A DNA stretch of 64,000 nucleotides, from the NCBI RefSeq assembly GCF_023055435.1, contig NW_025963891.1, forward strand, positions 9,858,001 through 9,922,000. Reading direction: 5' to 3'. This stretch comes from Haliotis rufescens (taxonomy: Eukaryota). The translations under genes and the position numbers were made by a program. Numbering within the stretch: the stretch's first letter is position 1; each line of letters starts with the position of its first letter. Shown piece after piece: positions 1 through 12,899 of this stretch. The notes under the pieces were generated by a model. It searched no databases and had not been told where the DNA came from. It worked only from the letters and a program-made list of their open reading frames with translations.

Positions 1-2978
1 ATGTGTAGGTCAAAGACCTTATGATCACATTTTGTTCGCTGTTTTAGTCTCAGTGGAAATGAGTACTTTAAATCTTGAAATTAACGCGAGCGTGAAAAAT
101 GTGAGTGGTCTTGGCTTGCATTTTTAAACATCGCATTTATATCAACAATAAGACATTTTGGAAAGCAGAAATACCAACTTAGACATATGCTGAAAACAAA
201 CAACTTTGTATTCCACATCACTGTTTATTGAGCAGCACTTGTAACAAGTATATAAACAATGTCATTCAAACACTATTTACATCCTGTGAATTGTCACTGC
301 TGGGGTCAAGACAAGAGTTCTACTCACTGATGTCATCACTGATCACACCTGCAAGTCCAGACAGACGCCACCCACGCAACACGGTGTCTTTGTTCTTTGC
401 GACTGCGTCACGAGCCAGCGCGCATGTATTGTTTTAGCAAAAGTACTCTACTCAGCGCTAATAAGCAGTTTTATTTGGTGTGTGATTGGATTAATGTAAG
501 GTTGGATTAAGGTGAGGATTCTCCTGTAAACCTCACAAAGGAAATTTTCTTTAGATAACATATCCACTGATGCTTGAGAGGACGGAGGTGTCGCATTCAT
601 ATTGAGTCGCATTTTTGGCCAGGGGCCAGCGTTCGCATTCTTTTGGAGATGCATTAATTTCATGATTTACAGTAATCAGGGTGATAGTGATTGGCCGCTT
701 TAAGCAGTATCAAGGCGGGGGAAACCAGAAATGGGAATCATGATAATAAGCATAATCATGTGGTAAATGTCTGAGACCTGCATCACTTCGGGCTTTCATC
801 CCACTTTAAGCTGACAAGCCGTGATATGACTAGAATACTGTTAAAAGCGGCTTAAAACCCAACTCACTCATCATACTTCATTACATAAAATGGTACTTGA
901 TATCAACGATTTCCTTAAATCACATGTGAACTTGTATAGCAGCTTTGATGACTATACTTGCCTCCAGTATGCTGTTTCATAGGTCATTCCTTACTCTGGT
1001 GTAATGATCAGCCTGTGTCTAGCATGCAGTTAGCATGGTTATTGATGCTTCATGAGTATGAGTAGAGGTTAACTGTATTCTCTCAGAGTACTGTGAAACC
1101 TCATTAATAAAAGACCAGAAAGTTCAGATTCCTTGATGATTACCTCTTGTAATGTCTGAACAGAACATTAATCTGTGCCCATGATCATGTGATGATTCAT
1201 TAATCTAGTATTTTGTTAATCGGTATGAATTGAATCTGAATGGTTAACCCATCAGTGAATGGGTACCAAGTAGGATGAAATGATAATGTTTCGCATACTC
1301 CCTAGGGAGCTGAGAATGAAAATCCAGTGCACACCGATCCATTGACTGGTGTAATAATGTAATGCTCTGAGCATGCTTTAGAGTGAGTCGGGAAATAATT
1401 ATTAAACAGGTTTGTGGTACCCCTTTACTCATAATGACCATGCGTGGTGATAACTTGGAGGCTCCATATGCCACAATATTTTTCAATTCAAATAAAGACA
1501 GAAATACATCCTGTACCTTAATTTGACTTTTTGTTGACTAAGTATATTGTGTTTATAGCCCATGTGTAAAACATTTTAAAGACACCATGGGCGGTTGCAA
1601 GCCAGGGATCGCTTAGAGTAAACAAATTAATCGTTCACCTGGGGTCTGTAACAGCTCGAAGCACTTGCGCACTCTTCCAAAATGGTGGCGCAACTACGGC
1701 TTGGTTGCCTTGCCCAAATGAAGAACGTACACAGAAGAGGCTCGATGACTAGCTGATGCATTTATGACTACTTTGTAGATGTGGAGCAGACTGAGGATGG
1801 TGGGATGTTAGCTGCCTTTGCCAATGTCCCAGTTGATCCAGTGAAAGATTTCTTATTCTGCTGTCAAACTTAGCCGCCATTTTGGATTGAGAACGAAGTG
1901 ACCTCAGGCAGCGATTGTTGCACTTGCAAGTAGCTGAAAGTTAGCGCACCGTTGTAAGGCGAATCGCTGTACATCGCTTGCAAGCAATTGGCACTTTGCA
2001 ATGCGTCCCATCTGTCTAACAATACACATGTACTAGTACAGAGTTGGTAATTCTATCGCCATGGTTGCGTTGTCATTATATACTATACAAAAGAAGTTCT
2101 TAACTTCTTTTCAGTAGTATAGGTACTATTTTCTATGCACATGCATGAATATGTTGCACATTCGTAACTCTCAAATCAATAACATAATAAAACAATGATT
2201 TTGGAGCAAATTTGTATCATTGGTTTCAGGGCATTTTTCACACAAATTTGTCTTACATATTCAAGAACACTGATGATGATGGTCATTGTATTTGCTTTTG
2301 TATTTAAAACAATGGACCATAATAAAACATGTACAATCCGTTTAATGTTTGTAATTCTTTAGTGCATTTGACATGATACATACTTCAATGCATGTAAAGA
2401 TAAGCAAATATCCCAAGAACCTTTTACAAACTTTTTAAAATTTTGAAACCATTCTGAAACAGGACAAAGTTTGATGATATTTGCATGATTAGAATTCCTG
2501 TGGGGTGTATTAAAGACATTGATGTAACTTTGTGGGGATTCCAGGAAGGTGTCGGGCGCGGTGTTGTCTATGTGGGGACTCAAATTGGGATCGGGTGAAC
2601 ATAATGGGCGCTGAGGATGAATAGTGATTGAATGGGGAAGACAAGGGTGCCATTTCACAAAACCTTCATAGCGCTACGACCTAACCCATACGACATGGTT
2701 TATGACCGTCTGAAGGATCACCTTATGAAACAAATCCTGATTAGCCTAGAAGGCGCTGCCTTTCGCTGTGCAGAGTTACGTCCCTTGGGCACCCTAGAAA
2801 ACCATGATCGTTGGTTCAAATTCTGGTTTGCCTTGAAATTGAAATGACGTACTTGTTGATAAAGTATATGACAGACTTAAGTTATTTTATTTGTCAGTTG
2901 AGGAAATAAGTCTTCTTGGAAAATTTGTGTTATTACCACTGCTTCTTAGATCTGACGACAAAAATATGGTATGCTGGA

Positions 2979-3241
2979 GGGGGCACGGGTGGCCCAGTCG
3001 TCTAAGGCAGAGTTGCGTCCCTTTGGCACGCCAGAAACCTATGATTGTGGGTTCGAATCCCGGTTCGCCCCGATTATGTTTCTAGGTTTGTCATCACCAT
3101 ACCCGTGCTCGTGGGTTTCACCAAATTGGTAAACGTCTGAGACCTGCATCACTTCGAGCTTTCCTCCCACATTAAGCTGACACGCCGCGATATAACTGGA
3201 ATATTGTTAAAAGCGGCGTTAAACCCAACTCACTCACTCAC
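2979..3241 (+). mobile_element. tRNA-derived SINE (family 2, tRNA-Leu-like head)
   Basis: TGGCCCAGTCGTCTAAGGC A box, GGTTCGAATCC B box, CTTTCCTCCCAC core, ACTC tail; TSD TGGTATGCTGGA at 2967-2978 and 3242-3253. Other copies: ~765-870, 6160-6350, 22497-22755 (-), 25415-25492 (head only), 28875-29125. Confidence 0.85.
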
Positions 3242-5179
3242 TGGTATGCTGGACTTAAAAAAAACTATTCACTGACAAAAGCCCCAAAGCCTTGAAAATG
3301 ACAGTGGAAAGCCTTGTAAAGTCCTAGAATTTAGTGTTCCATGTCTGTATGAAGCTTGCGGCTGTATTCAGTCGATAAGAAACGTCAAGACGATCTGATC
3401 GAAAATCAAGATCTATATTGTAATAAAACGGGTCTTACCTCGCGAAGTGCATCACAATCATGTAAGCACCTTGATTAAAAACATGAAAAAATTTGCAAAT
3501 ATCTGTCGACGCCCAGTTGACGGCACACATGCTCTGCAAACCCTGCAGTCGGCCGATATATGCACGTTGAAATCCATGTTTGCGAACCGGATGTCTAGTT
3601 CGTCACGCGATTTTGATTAGACTGTATGCATGGACTCTTTAGTCCAGCCAAAATGTAACTCCATAATTCCAGCTTAGTTCGGCAAGGGTGGGAAGTGGAC
3701 TTTTAGAGTATTTTACAGTTAACTGCCTTGCCTCGGGAAGGTGAGTTTTGTAATACTATTGGGTAATCAAATTTCTTCATACTTATTTGTACCCAAGCAA
3801 CTCAACATTAATTGGGTTATGGTGATTTAGTCTGCATATTTTATGCCGATACGCAGCCTATCTGCAGCTCTGTGATTATACTCATAGGGGATACCAGGTT
3901 GGTGATGCCACATCTGGATTGTATGATACAGGTTTCAAGATAATTCAGATAAATATTTTGAGTTAATATGACTGGTATGATTGAAAGGAAACTGGCTTGC
4001 ATTTGAAATATAAACACGTGAAATTTCATAAACCAAAGAGTTCAAGGTCACAAACTGGGACAAAACGTTCATTTGGGGATTCCAGGGTAGAATTAGACCA
4101 AATTAACATATGCTTGTTAGAAGACTTTAATAGATAGTCAGACTCCGGGTCTTGGCTGATTGTGACACATCATTTCCTGATGGAGTGGATCACCTATACT
4201 TTGAGTCACGGGTTTGCCTGGGTCATTTTAAATAGACCAACAGGAGGATATTTTGAGGAAAGTTAAATGGTTGACTCTACCCTAAACAGGACGTGTCAAG
4301 TATTCAGTTGGAAATCCTACTTGGTACATTTTAAGTTCCAAATCTGTCTAGTGAGTTGTCTCACAAAATTGAAAGCGAACTGAATTATGATTTGGACCTT
4401 GAAGCAGTTAAATGTTTAAAAATGGGAAAAGTCCGGGACCGAATGGGCTTACTGTGGAATTCTTAAAATTCTTCTGGAATGATATTGGTATATATTTAGA
4501 AGGGGCATAGCTCGTAGTAGCCACTGCTGGTTTTAGCCTACTTGTGGCGCTACGATCGAGCCAGGAACTTTCAGCCTAGTTCGACTTTTATAGACATTTA
4601 ACGCCCTTGCCTCGGGAAGATGGGCAGTATGGCAAGAGGGATGACGTCAACTTTCCAATTGTCAGCTTTCCCTTTAAATGTCGACCAATATTTGATTAGC
4701 TCCACCCTTTGTACAATCGAGCATGCCTGTTGCGAAGATTTGAAAAAGGGTCATATAAATCTCACTCAAAGGTTGTTCGAGCTTTTCATCTCTCAAACAA
4801 GCGTTAAATAATCTAGAATTCAAACCAGACTTTGAGCTTTCGAGCATTTATTGTTGTTTTTTCAGGCACCAAAACAATAAATCGGACATACTATTCTGAG
4901 GCCAAGCCGATCAGTTCTTGTTTTATACCTTTAATGCCGAGTTCCAGACAGGTTCACAACACGTACCATCTTTTGGTGTGACGTGGCCGAGGATCGAACC
5001 ACCGACCTTGCACAATAGAGGTTAATGGACTTGAGGTTGAAAGTATCGTATGTCATACTGACTAGGCTGAGGAAGACATTCTCATCATCGCCACAATAAT
5101 TGTGTAGTCCAGGTTTGAACCCCTTGGGGATTTCGGGTAAAACAGGCTCCCAGGAACCTATGCTTGTTCATTGGATCAA

Positions 5180-5420
5180 GGGGGCGGTCGGGTAGCCTTG
5201 TGGTTAAAGCGTTCGCTCGTCACGCCGAAGACCCGGGTTCGCTTCCCGACATGGGTACAATGTGTGAAGCCCATTTCTGGTGTCCCCCGCCGTGATATTC
5301 CTGGAATATTGCTAAAAGCGGCGTAAAACCATACTCACTCACTCACTCACTCACTCACTCACTCACTCACTCACTCACTCTCACTCACTCACTCACTCAC
5401 TCACTCACTCACTCACTCAC
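5180..5420 (+). mobile_element. tRNA-derived SINE (family 1) with expanded (ACTC)n tail, nested in an older family 3 element
   Basis: A box TAGCCTTGTGG, B box GGTTCGCTTCC, GTC anticodon-like loop; TSD TCATTGGATCA at 5168-5178 and 5421-5431. Confidence 0.9.
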
Positions 5421-6355
5421 TCATTGGATCAGATGGTCAAGCCTGGTGACTTGGTTGATAGTATGTCAACGTACCCCGTGGCTCACAGTATATGATCACC
5501 GGTTGTCTGGCCCTGAATCGATTATGGAATATTGGCTAATATGTGTGCAGGGTTAAACAACGTAAGTAAATCAAGCCATGCTTTGATCTTATGCGACATT
5601 CGACTGAATAACGAACAAACGAAGTACATACTTTTTCAACGTGTATTCTTCTTGTACAGAATTACATATTATGTTCACACTAATAATAAGAAGTTCACAT
5701 TAGTGGCAGTGAGACAATTAACACAGTCACTGTTTCTACAACGACGTCAACGTACCTTCACACTACGAGGAAACATCGTTCACAATATTCACAGTTCACC
5801 GTTGGAATTCATAACCACGACAACAATAAGAAGAAATTGTAACTCCACGATCGTGAACGTTCTGTCCAAGCACAAACAAACACACAGTCAATAAATGTCG
5901 ATATTGCTGAAATTAACAGACGTTTATAAAAAGAATTCAACCGTTTGAGTTGAAATAATTAACTTAAACACTTATGCCCATTTAACTCGTCACGTATACT
6001 AAAACGCAAATGCAAAGGAACTAATATCTATGAACATTATGCCATTAAGACTTTGGTGTCTACATTTCATAATTTTCGTGATGCAATCGAACATGCCTAT
6101 TGCGATTAAGGAAAAGGAACTAATATCTATCAAGATCATGTCATAAAGTTCAAGCGAGTTCGGTGAAACCCATGATCGTGGGTCGGAATCCCGCTTATGT
6201 TTCCAGCTTTGTCAGCACCATACCCGTGCTGGTGGGTTTCACGAAAGTATTGAACCTCTGAGACATGCATCACTGTCCTCCAACATTAAGGTGATACGCC
6301 GTGATATAGCGGGAATAATGTTCAAAGCGGCGCAAAACCCAACCGACTCACCCCG

Positions 6356-7015
6356 CTACTTATGTGACATCCTTCGCTTGAGATTGGTCAGTATAGTTCC
6401 TGGAAAGGTCATCCTTCGGGACGGCTGACCAAACCTGTCCTTGTACACAATGCATGCTTGTCTGAAAAGCTGACGAAATAGCCGATCAACCTGCTCCTTG
6501 TCTGCCGCTGATAGTTCCATGTACATGTGTTCCCAGTCAATGGTGGCCACAGCATCAGCAACTTGCCATATGGGAGTCTTCCTTTCCGCATCTATGTCCA
6601 CCTTATTGGCGACAATAAATAAGGGAACTTTCTGCTCCCCTTTCAGCTCCAGAATCAGATCCCTGAGCTTGTACAGCTCCTCAAATGAGTCTTTATCGAC
6701 TACAGAATACAGCAAGATGAAAGCATCTCCATTCTCAATGGCCATTTGTCTCACAGAGGGGACAGAATCGCCTTTCGTGATATCTACAATTTCCAAATTG
6801 ACTCGCACACCTCTGTCTTCAAATGGTCGAGAGTATATGGTCTCAAAGGTGCCTTTGTATTTTTCAAGAAACTGATCACCAAGAAACTTGGATATAAGGG
6901 TGCTCTTACCGACTCCTTCTCCTCCCAAGACAACGATTTTCAATTCCTCATGCTTCTTGGAAGAACGAATGGACAAAGGACTGAACGATTTCATTGTATT
7001 CTTACGGCTAGCCAT
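6356..7015 (-). CDS. Intronless Ras-family small GTPase, Rhes/RASD/Ras-dva/DIRAS-like, 219 aa, atypical
   Basis: G1 GGEGVGKS, G2-like YKGTFE, degenerate G3 DITKG, GDAFILLYS, G4 NKVD, G5 ELSAA. ATG at 7015 has a strong ACCATGG context and lies downstream of a TATA, so it is preferred over the GTG start at 7051. No CAAX. Confidence 0.88.
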   Translation of the reverse strand: MASRKNTMKSFSPLSIRSSKKHEELKIVVLGGEGVGKSTLISKFLGDQFLEKYKGTFETIYSRPFEDRGVRVNLEIVDITKGDSVPSVRQMAIENGDAFILLYSVVDKDSFEELYKLRDLILELKGEQKVPLFIVANKVDIDAERKTPIWQVADAVATIDWEHMYMELSAADKEQVDRLFRQLFRQACIVYKDRFGQPSRRMTFPGTILTNLKRRMSHK

Positions 7016-7059
7016 GGTGAGAGATGAGGTTTTCCAAAAGAATATGCACACTGCATTGT

Positions 7060-7105
7060 CGCTTTATATGGACTCGAGCCACACACGTCATGGTCACATG
7101 AGTCA
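7060..7105 (-). promoter_or_regulatory. Compact promoter of the Ras-like gene: TATA, CRE-like and AP-1 sites
   Basis: On the minus strand: CATATAAAGC at 7070-7061, TGACGTGT at 7090-7083, and TGAGTCA/TGACTCA at 7099-7105. Confidence 0.5.
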
Positions 7106-7533
7106 CCAGTTAGCAACACTTGTACTCGGTATTGTTGTTGGCGTTTCCAAGCCCTGTGAGACTTCTAACATAAGAAAAACGGCAATGTCTCTCACAACTG
7201 GTAACACGCGAAGAAACAAAGAAAACTGAGCTGAATCATTGATATAAGAATATACATAATGACTGATTATGAAATTAACTGTAACATTATATGAGAGGCG
7301 ACTAACGGGATCAGATGGTCAGGCGAGCTGACTTGGATGGTGCAGGTGCATTGTATCCGATATCCATGGTATCAATCCTATGGATTGTCTAGTTCAGACT
7401 CGATTATTTACAGACTGCCGTAAAATAGCTAGAAAATTGCGGAGTGCGGCTTTAAATAACAAACAAAAACTACAATAAGGAAAGAACTACTGAATTTATA
7501 CCAAAAACGGAAAACTGAACAACGATTGGATAA

Positions 7534-9781
7534 CTATATACACACCAGTTCCTGGCAGCCCTCGCTGAGCTTTCCACAGAACATGGTTTCGATCAGTTTA
7601 TTTACAGAGGCCTGTAAAAGAAAAGTTTTTTAACGACACGTAGTCATGATTTTATGACTGCATTACATCAACGTGTTCGATTTGTTAATTTAATTTAAAA
7701 CAAAATGGTACATGTTTATTTAGTTTGGGAAATAATGCAAATATGTCAGACCAACATTGGAGTGATTAAACCTTCTTAATATTTGTCACTCACAACATTG
7801 TCCATTTTCTTTTCTTTGATATCTTTTAGAAAGTTTTGGCAGTCCTTGCATCGCCCTCTCCCTTGAACCTACGGAAACATGAAATGACAAATTGTATGCA
7901 TCATTATGCCTACAAGTTTTAAACTTTCGTTTGTAACCAATGTAACAATAATATTGCAGCACAATAAGTGTGACGAATGGAGACCTCCCCTTTCTAACCA
8001 AGTACATTGTACAAATAATGTACACGTTAAGACATTCATTTGATTGTGTGTAAGTTTGATGAGTTATACTCACTAAACCTGTTGACTAGTGGACTAGGTA
8101 TTAATCTTGCCTTGTTTGTAGGTGTGTTCATGTTGATGGTATCAAGCGACGGACAGTTCTTGGTGGTTTTACAGATGGCTTTAGGGGTCTGCAGCTGTGA
8201 ATTGCTTACTCGCAGTGTACAATAATAATTATATAGTTAAAGGGGAAAATATAGTTCAGTTCTCAGCGTTTTGTGTAACTCAGTGAAAACAGGATAGAGG
8301 TTATTATTCTGATAAAGGAAATGTAAGCTAAAATGCTGAAAAAGAGGTATCCATCTCATTTCCCAGGTATCCAAATTCCATCTGATTGGTACATTCCTGA
8401 ACTTTTTGCATCAATCACCTTTTTCATGATGACAGTATATCCAAATGTAAGCTGACGAAATCTTGTGCTTCATGATTAGTCCATTGATTGGAGCAGGATT
8501 TCTGATGATGTGGAAGTTAACAGTTACCTGACTGTTGACTTTGTCTTTCTTCTCCAGGCATATTTTCTGCAATTTTGTCTTACACTGCAAATACGCGTTT
8601 TCACAATGTGAGCATCGAGAATACTAGGTTATCTAATTTACAGCGTTAAGGATCAACACAGTTTGCAATGAATATAGACCATTGCTCCTTTTTAATTATC
8701 TACCTTGTTAATACCATATCCTGTATAAAACATACATTCTCAACAAGGATATACAGGCAGTACTAGAGCGCTTAATGGTGATGAACAATGATAGTCGCTT
8801 GCCAAGGAAAATCAATATAATTACCTCAATTATCGGATGTGTGATATATTCAATACAATGCTCTTTGCAATAAAACATTTGATCTTGTTGTTTATGAAAT
8901 CCGTTTGTTTACTATTGAGAACTATTATTTATCTCACCTCTTCCACCTTGCTGGGTTCCATTGAAGAACAGACGTTGTTCATATTTGCTTCCTGTTCCTC
9001 CTGAAACACATGTTATATAAAAACCTCAGTACATTAGATCTGGAGAAGAGACATGAGTGTATTTGTGACATGTTTACATCCTTACTTTCAGGGGTAGACG
9101 TATCTTTAAATATATGGACAATCATGTAGTAATAGATTCATTCGTAGCAGATAGAATAGTGATAAATATATGAAAGTAGGGTTCAGTACATTATTATTCC
9201 TGGACAGATGCCATTTATTTTGGGAAATTGGAAAATTCAGATGTAGATTCCAAAAAGGAACACTTGGTTGACAGGTTCCATTACTTTATTTATTATATTC
9301 AGGGTAGGGGTATAAACCATCGTGTATAATTAAAAAGATAATGTTCTAAACATGTACGTATATGTAAGTGTGGACATTAAGAAATAACACGATTTTTACG
9401 AACCATCATGGGAAACAGTCAGTATTATTTACGTACAATCGATTCGAGTTCCATCTCCTGGCGATCAGTAATGAAAGCGATGCAATCAGCGCACTCATCA
9501 TTTCCATCCTGTATTGAAAGGGTCATAGCTGAAAATATGTAAATATAAAACGTCAACGCGTCAACTTTAGTCAAAAAATGATTTATGTAAATATGTTTAG
9601 ATTCGAACACATCAGAAAAAGAAGTAATGCATATAATTGGATATTTGTAAATATCATATTGCTGCGCCTTAGCCACGACCATCGTATCTACTGAGAAGTG
9701 GATAGTAAGAAGGCATGGCCATTTAAAACACTCACCCTGGCTTGCTACAACAGCGACAACAAATGCGAAAAAAGTCTTCAT
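7534..9781 (-). CDS. Copy A: 3'-truncated saposin-like gene (exons 1-7 only); may encode a 1.5-domain protein
   Basis: Exons 9781-9736, 9528-9437, 9000-8938, 8584-8528, 8188-8111, 7868-7794, 7611-7546, all in frame. TATA at 9833-9840. Homology to paralogous intron 7 ends at ~7240 and no exon 8 or 9 follows. Read-through into intron 7 gives VCI* ending at 7534. Confidence 0.65.
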
Positions 9782-10021
9782 TGTCCTTGAAGCTGAGAAA
9801 TTCAACTGTTGTGATGTGTTTAAATGTAAAGCTTTATATATGTTCCAATTCTTCATACATGATGACTTACATGTAATCAATTACATCTCACAGTAGAATA
9901 GCTCTAATTAACAGCAAACTAATTCAATTAGACGACTCAGACTGACAGATGTCCTGTTCTTAACGAATACACATGTTGAGACAATAATTCTCGCGTTCTT
10001 AATAAAATAACCTGTTTTTGA

Positions 10022-10183
10022 GTGATTGAGTATAGTTTTACGCCGCTTTTAGCAATATTCCAGCAATATCACGGCTGGGGACACCAGAAATGGGCTTTAC
10101 ACATTGTACCCATTTCGGGAATCGAACCCGGGTCTTCGGCGTGACGAGCGAACGCTTTTACAACTAGGCTACCCCACCGCCCC
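10022..10183 (-). mobile_element. tRNA-derived SINE (family 1)
   Basis: A/B boxes; TSD ACCTGTTTTTGA at 10010-10021 and 10184-10195; empty site in the G promoter region (~58225). Confidence 0.9.
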
Positions 10184-10279
10184 ACCTGTTTTTGATATCT
10201 CTCTTGATTAGACCTCTTTGCCACCTACTGTTGATCATGGTGAAACACACTACCATCACTTGATAGGATGAAAGAACTC

Positions 10280-10412
10280 ACGCTCGTCACGCCGAAGACA
10301 CGGGTTCCATTCCTCACATGAGTGAAGGCCATTTCTGGTGTCCCCCGCCGTGATATTGCTGGAATATTGCTAAAAGCGGCGTAAAACCAAACTCACTCAC
10401 TCTCTCACTCAC
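10280..10412 (+). mobile_element. SINE family 1, 5'-clipped; same insertion as upstream of F and G
   Basis: Body and ACTC tail followed by TCTACAAAAGTCAG, the reverse complement of the F/G TSD. Confidence 0.8.
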
Positions 10413-11071
10413 TCTACAAAAGTCAGGGGATAAACAGAGACGTCTTTCCTATAAACCCTTGCATGTATTCTTCTTAAGAATTTGTCAAGAGATCTAAAAA
10501 TTCGGGCAAAAGAAAGCGTACACACATTTTTTATTGTTGCTAAAATTGAAACTAACAAACAATGATTATTCGACGGTGATGTATTTCATAGGGGAATCGC
10601 AGTGGTGATTTAGACCTAAGTTTTGCAGTTTTTCGGCGACTGTTTTCAGCTTATTAACGTTTTGATGACGTTTGTCAAAATCCCTTTTAAAGTGTATACT
10701 TTCTTTGTCCGGCAGTTTATATCTATACGTGAATACAATGGTGGTCGTTCTTAGTGTCTGTAAGATTATCAATTGCTGTAATATATGATATGGAGGGAGA
10801 TATGGGTGCAGTTGTCTATGGTTCCGTAATTCGCAGTCAAGAGTTACGCCCCTTAGGGAAACCAGCATCCGATGATCATGGATTCGAACGTTTTCATTTT
10901 GATCATTTTGTCTTTAGACTTGTATTTGAACCAAACAAAAATATGTAGTAATTACACTAATGCGATATACAAGATTTTAACAAGCAGCATAATGTACGCA
11001 TATGCAACTCAAAAGAGTGCTCTTATTTATTCAACCAATAATCCATCGTATGGTGAACCTATTATTCTGGA

Positions 11072-11240
11072 GGGGCGGTCGGGTAGCCTAGTGGTTAAAG
11101 CGTTCGCTCGTCACGCGGAAAACCCGGGTTCGATTCCCGACATGGATACAATGTGTGAAGCCCATTTCTGGTGTCCCCCGCCGTGATATTGCTGGAATAT
11201 TGCTAACAGCGGCGTAAAACCATACTCACTCACTCACTCA
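11072..11240 (+). mobile_element. tRNA-derived SINE (family 1)
   Basis: TSD CTATTATTCTGGA at 11059-11071 and 11241-11253; empty paralogous site at ~47322-47334. Confidence 0.9.
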
Positions 11241-11661
11241 CTATTATTCTGGATGGGTATACAACGATAACCGAGTTGATAAGATTTTAAATGTCATGTG
11301 ATACGCGTCATATTGATGTATGGAAGGCGTTTGAATTGTACATTTCTCAACTTTACTTTCCAGTTTCACACCTGAATAATTACCACATGAGTTAGTTTTT
11401 AGTTTCTATTGCCTTAACAATTCAGTTGCATGTAATCATTTGTGTTTTAATTGATTCCAAATATATATACACATGGCAGTTTGTGTATTATGGTTTGACG
11501 TGTTTTAGCAAGGTGGGTTCTGTATTTGTTGTTTCTGAATTTTTTATGCCAGTACATTTTTAGTAGATTTTCAATGCACATTTTTTTGTTATACGCCCGA
11601 ATTTGCACTTTTGAAGGTAAATGATTAAGGGTAATGGTGGTTAATGAAGATTTTCTTGTCG

Positions 11662-11722
11662 TTGAATGAATGAATGAATGAATGAATGAATGAATGAATG
11701 AATGAATGAATGAATGAATGAA
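11662..11722 (+). repeat. (TGAA)n microsatellite
   Basis: Perfect tetranucleotide run; inverted paralog at 46865-46924. Confidence 0.97.
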
Positions 11723-12899
11723 ATCAGATCAATTTTACTGTTTGTGTTTTCATTGACTAGGCAGCAATTGGCAACATTCGAACTATATCCTGGTGCCATA
11801 CACATAATAGATTCGTCTGGGAACGGCGTCTTATACCTTCTTTGCATAATCAAAGTCTTACGACGTCCAAGTGCAGTGACACGCAATCGGCAAAGTAACA
11901 GGACCTGACTACCCGATCCCTAATTTTGACAGAGATTTTAATCAACATAGGAATCTGTTCTGTGAAAAATGTTTACCTGAAAATATAAGTTTCTTCATCA
12001 GGAAACTGCATTTATACACACAACCATTGTTGTGCTAGTTACCATGGATATGCCCCTCCCTTAGCCTGGTTGCTACAAAGATGGCCACGCACATACAACA
12101 ATGTATACATGAGCCTAATATATCGTTTTCTAATGTGTCTTGGCAAAGCCTTTGCGGTGGCATGAATAAATAGATTATCCTTGGTGGAATAGAGACAGAA
12201 ATAGCTGTCAAATGACATAACAGCTCGTGACACTGCAGGTTACCGCCGCTTCTACAATCGGCGGTTTATGGAACGTACAGTTCACGGTGTCCGGCGTGTT
12301 TACGACATGTTGATGGAGAGGCAGATGTGTTTACCTGTGAACCATCCCCTCAACATGGAGATACTGATGTGTCAACCTCTTAACCATCCCTTAAAATGAC
12401 AAGGATTGTTGTTAGATCCAAAATAACTCAGGACAAAATGTATGAAGGCGATCAAATCATATACTTCCTGAGGAGTGTGTCATCATTAAAAAGACTAAAG
12501 TTATTGTTGATGAAACATCCTTGATGACAAAACAAGAGACCCTTATCAGAAGTGAGACAAATGCTGACAAATCTTTACAGGATGCACGACTGAAAGGAGA
12601 TGACCAGATTTTATTACGGATGTACAGAAGTGCGGTTCCATGCGTCATGTTATAAAACAGTACTCGAAATGTGTATATAATATGAATTCCTCGCATTGAA
12701 CCTTCCAGGAAATTTTGTGCAGAGGTAATTGAGAAAAGTATTAAAAGAAAGGGAGAAGTACTTTGAATGAACTTGGCTCACAAAACTGTTTGTTTCATTT
12801 GTACATGAAGTGGACGTTGTTGATTTTACTGAATATCGGAATGATCAGGTAAAGTTGAGAACTCATAAACAGGTACCCACATCTGAAGTATGTTCAGCA

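Noticed and set aside
1588-2010. Possible MITE with degenerate inverted ends (also 2644-2740)
   Set aside because: The terminal matches are too loose, and there is no second copy in the window to confirm boundaries.
5180-5260. tRNA-Asp-like and tRNA-Leu-like sequences as real tRNA genes
   Set aside because: They continue into SINE bodies with microsatellite tails and TSDs, and lack a T-run terminator.
6498-7229. Plus-strand ORFs overlapping the Ras-like gene
   Set aside because: Antisense shadows with no motifs.
9425-9880. ORFs of 126-151 aa (9425-9880, 48423-48803, 58380-58829) as single-exon genes
   Set aside because: They are exon 1 + intron 1 + exon 2 read in frame by chance. The intron has canonical GTGAGT/TTTCAG ends and carries stops and indels in copies D and E.
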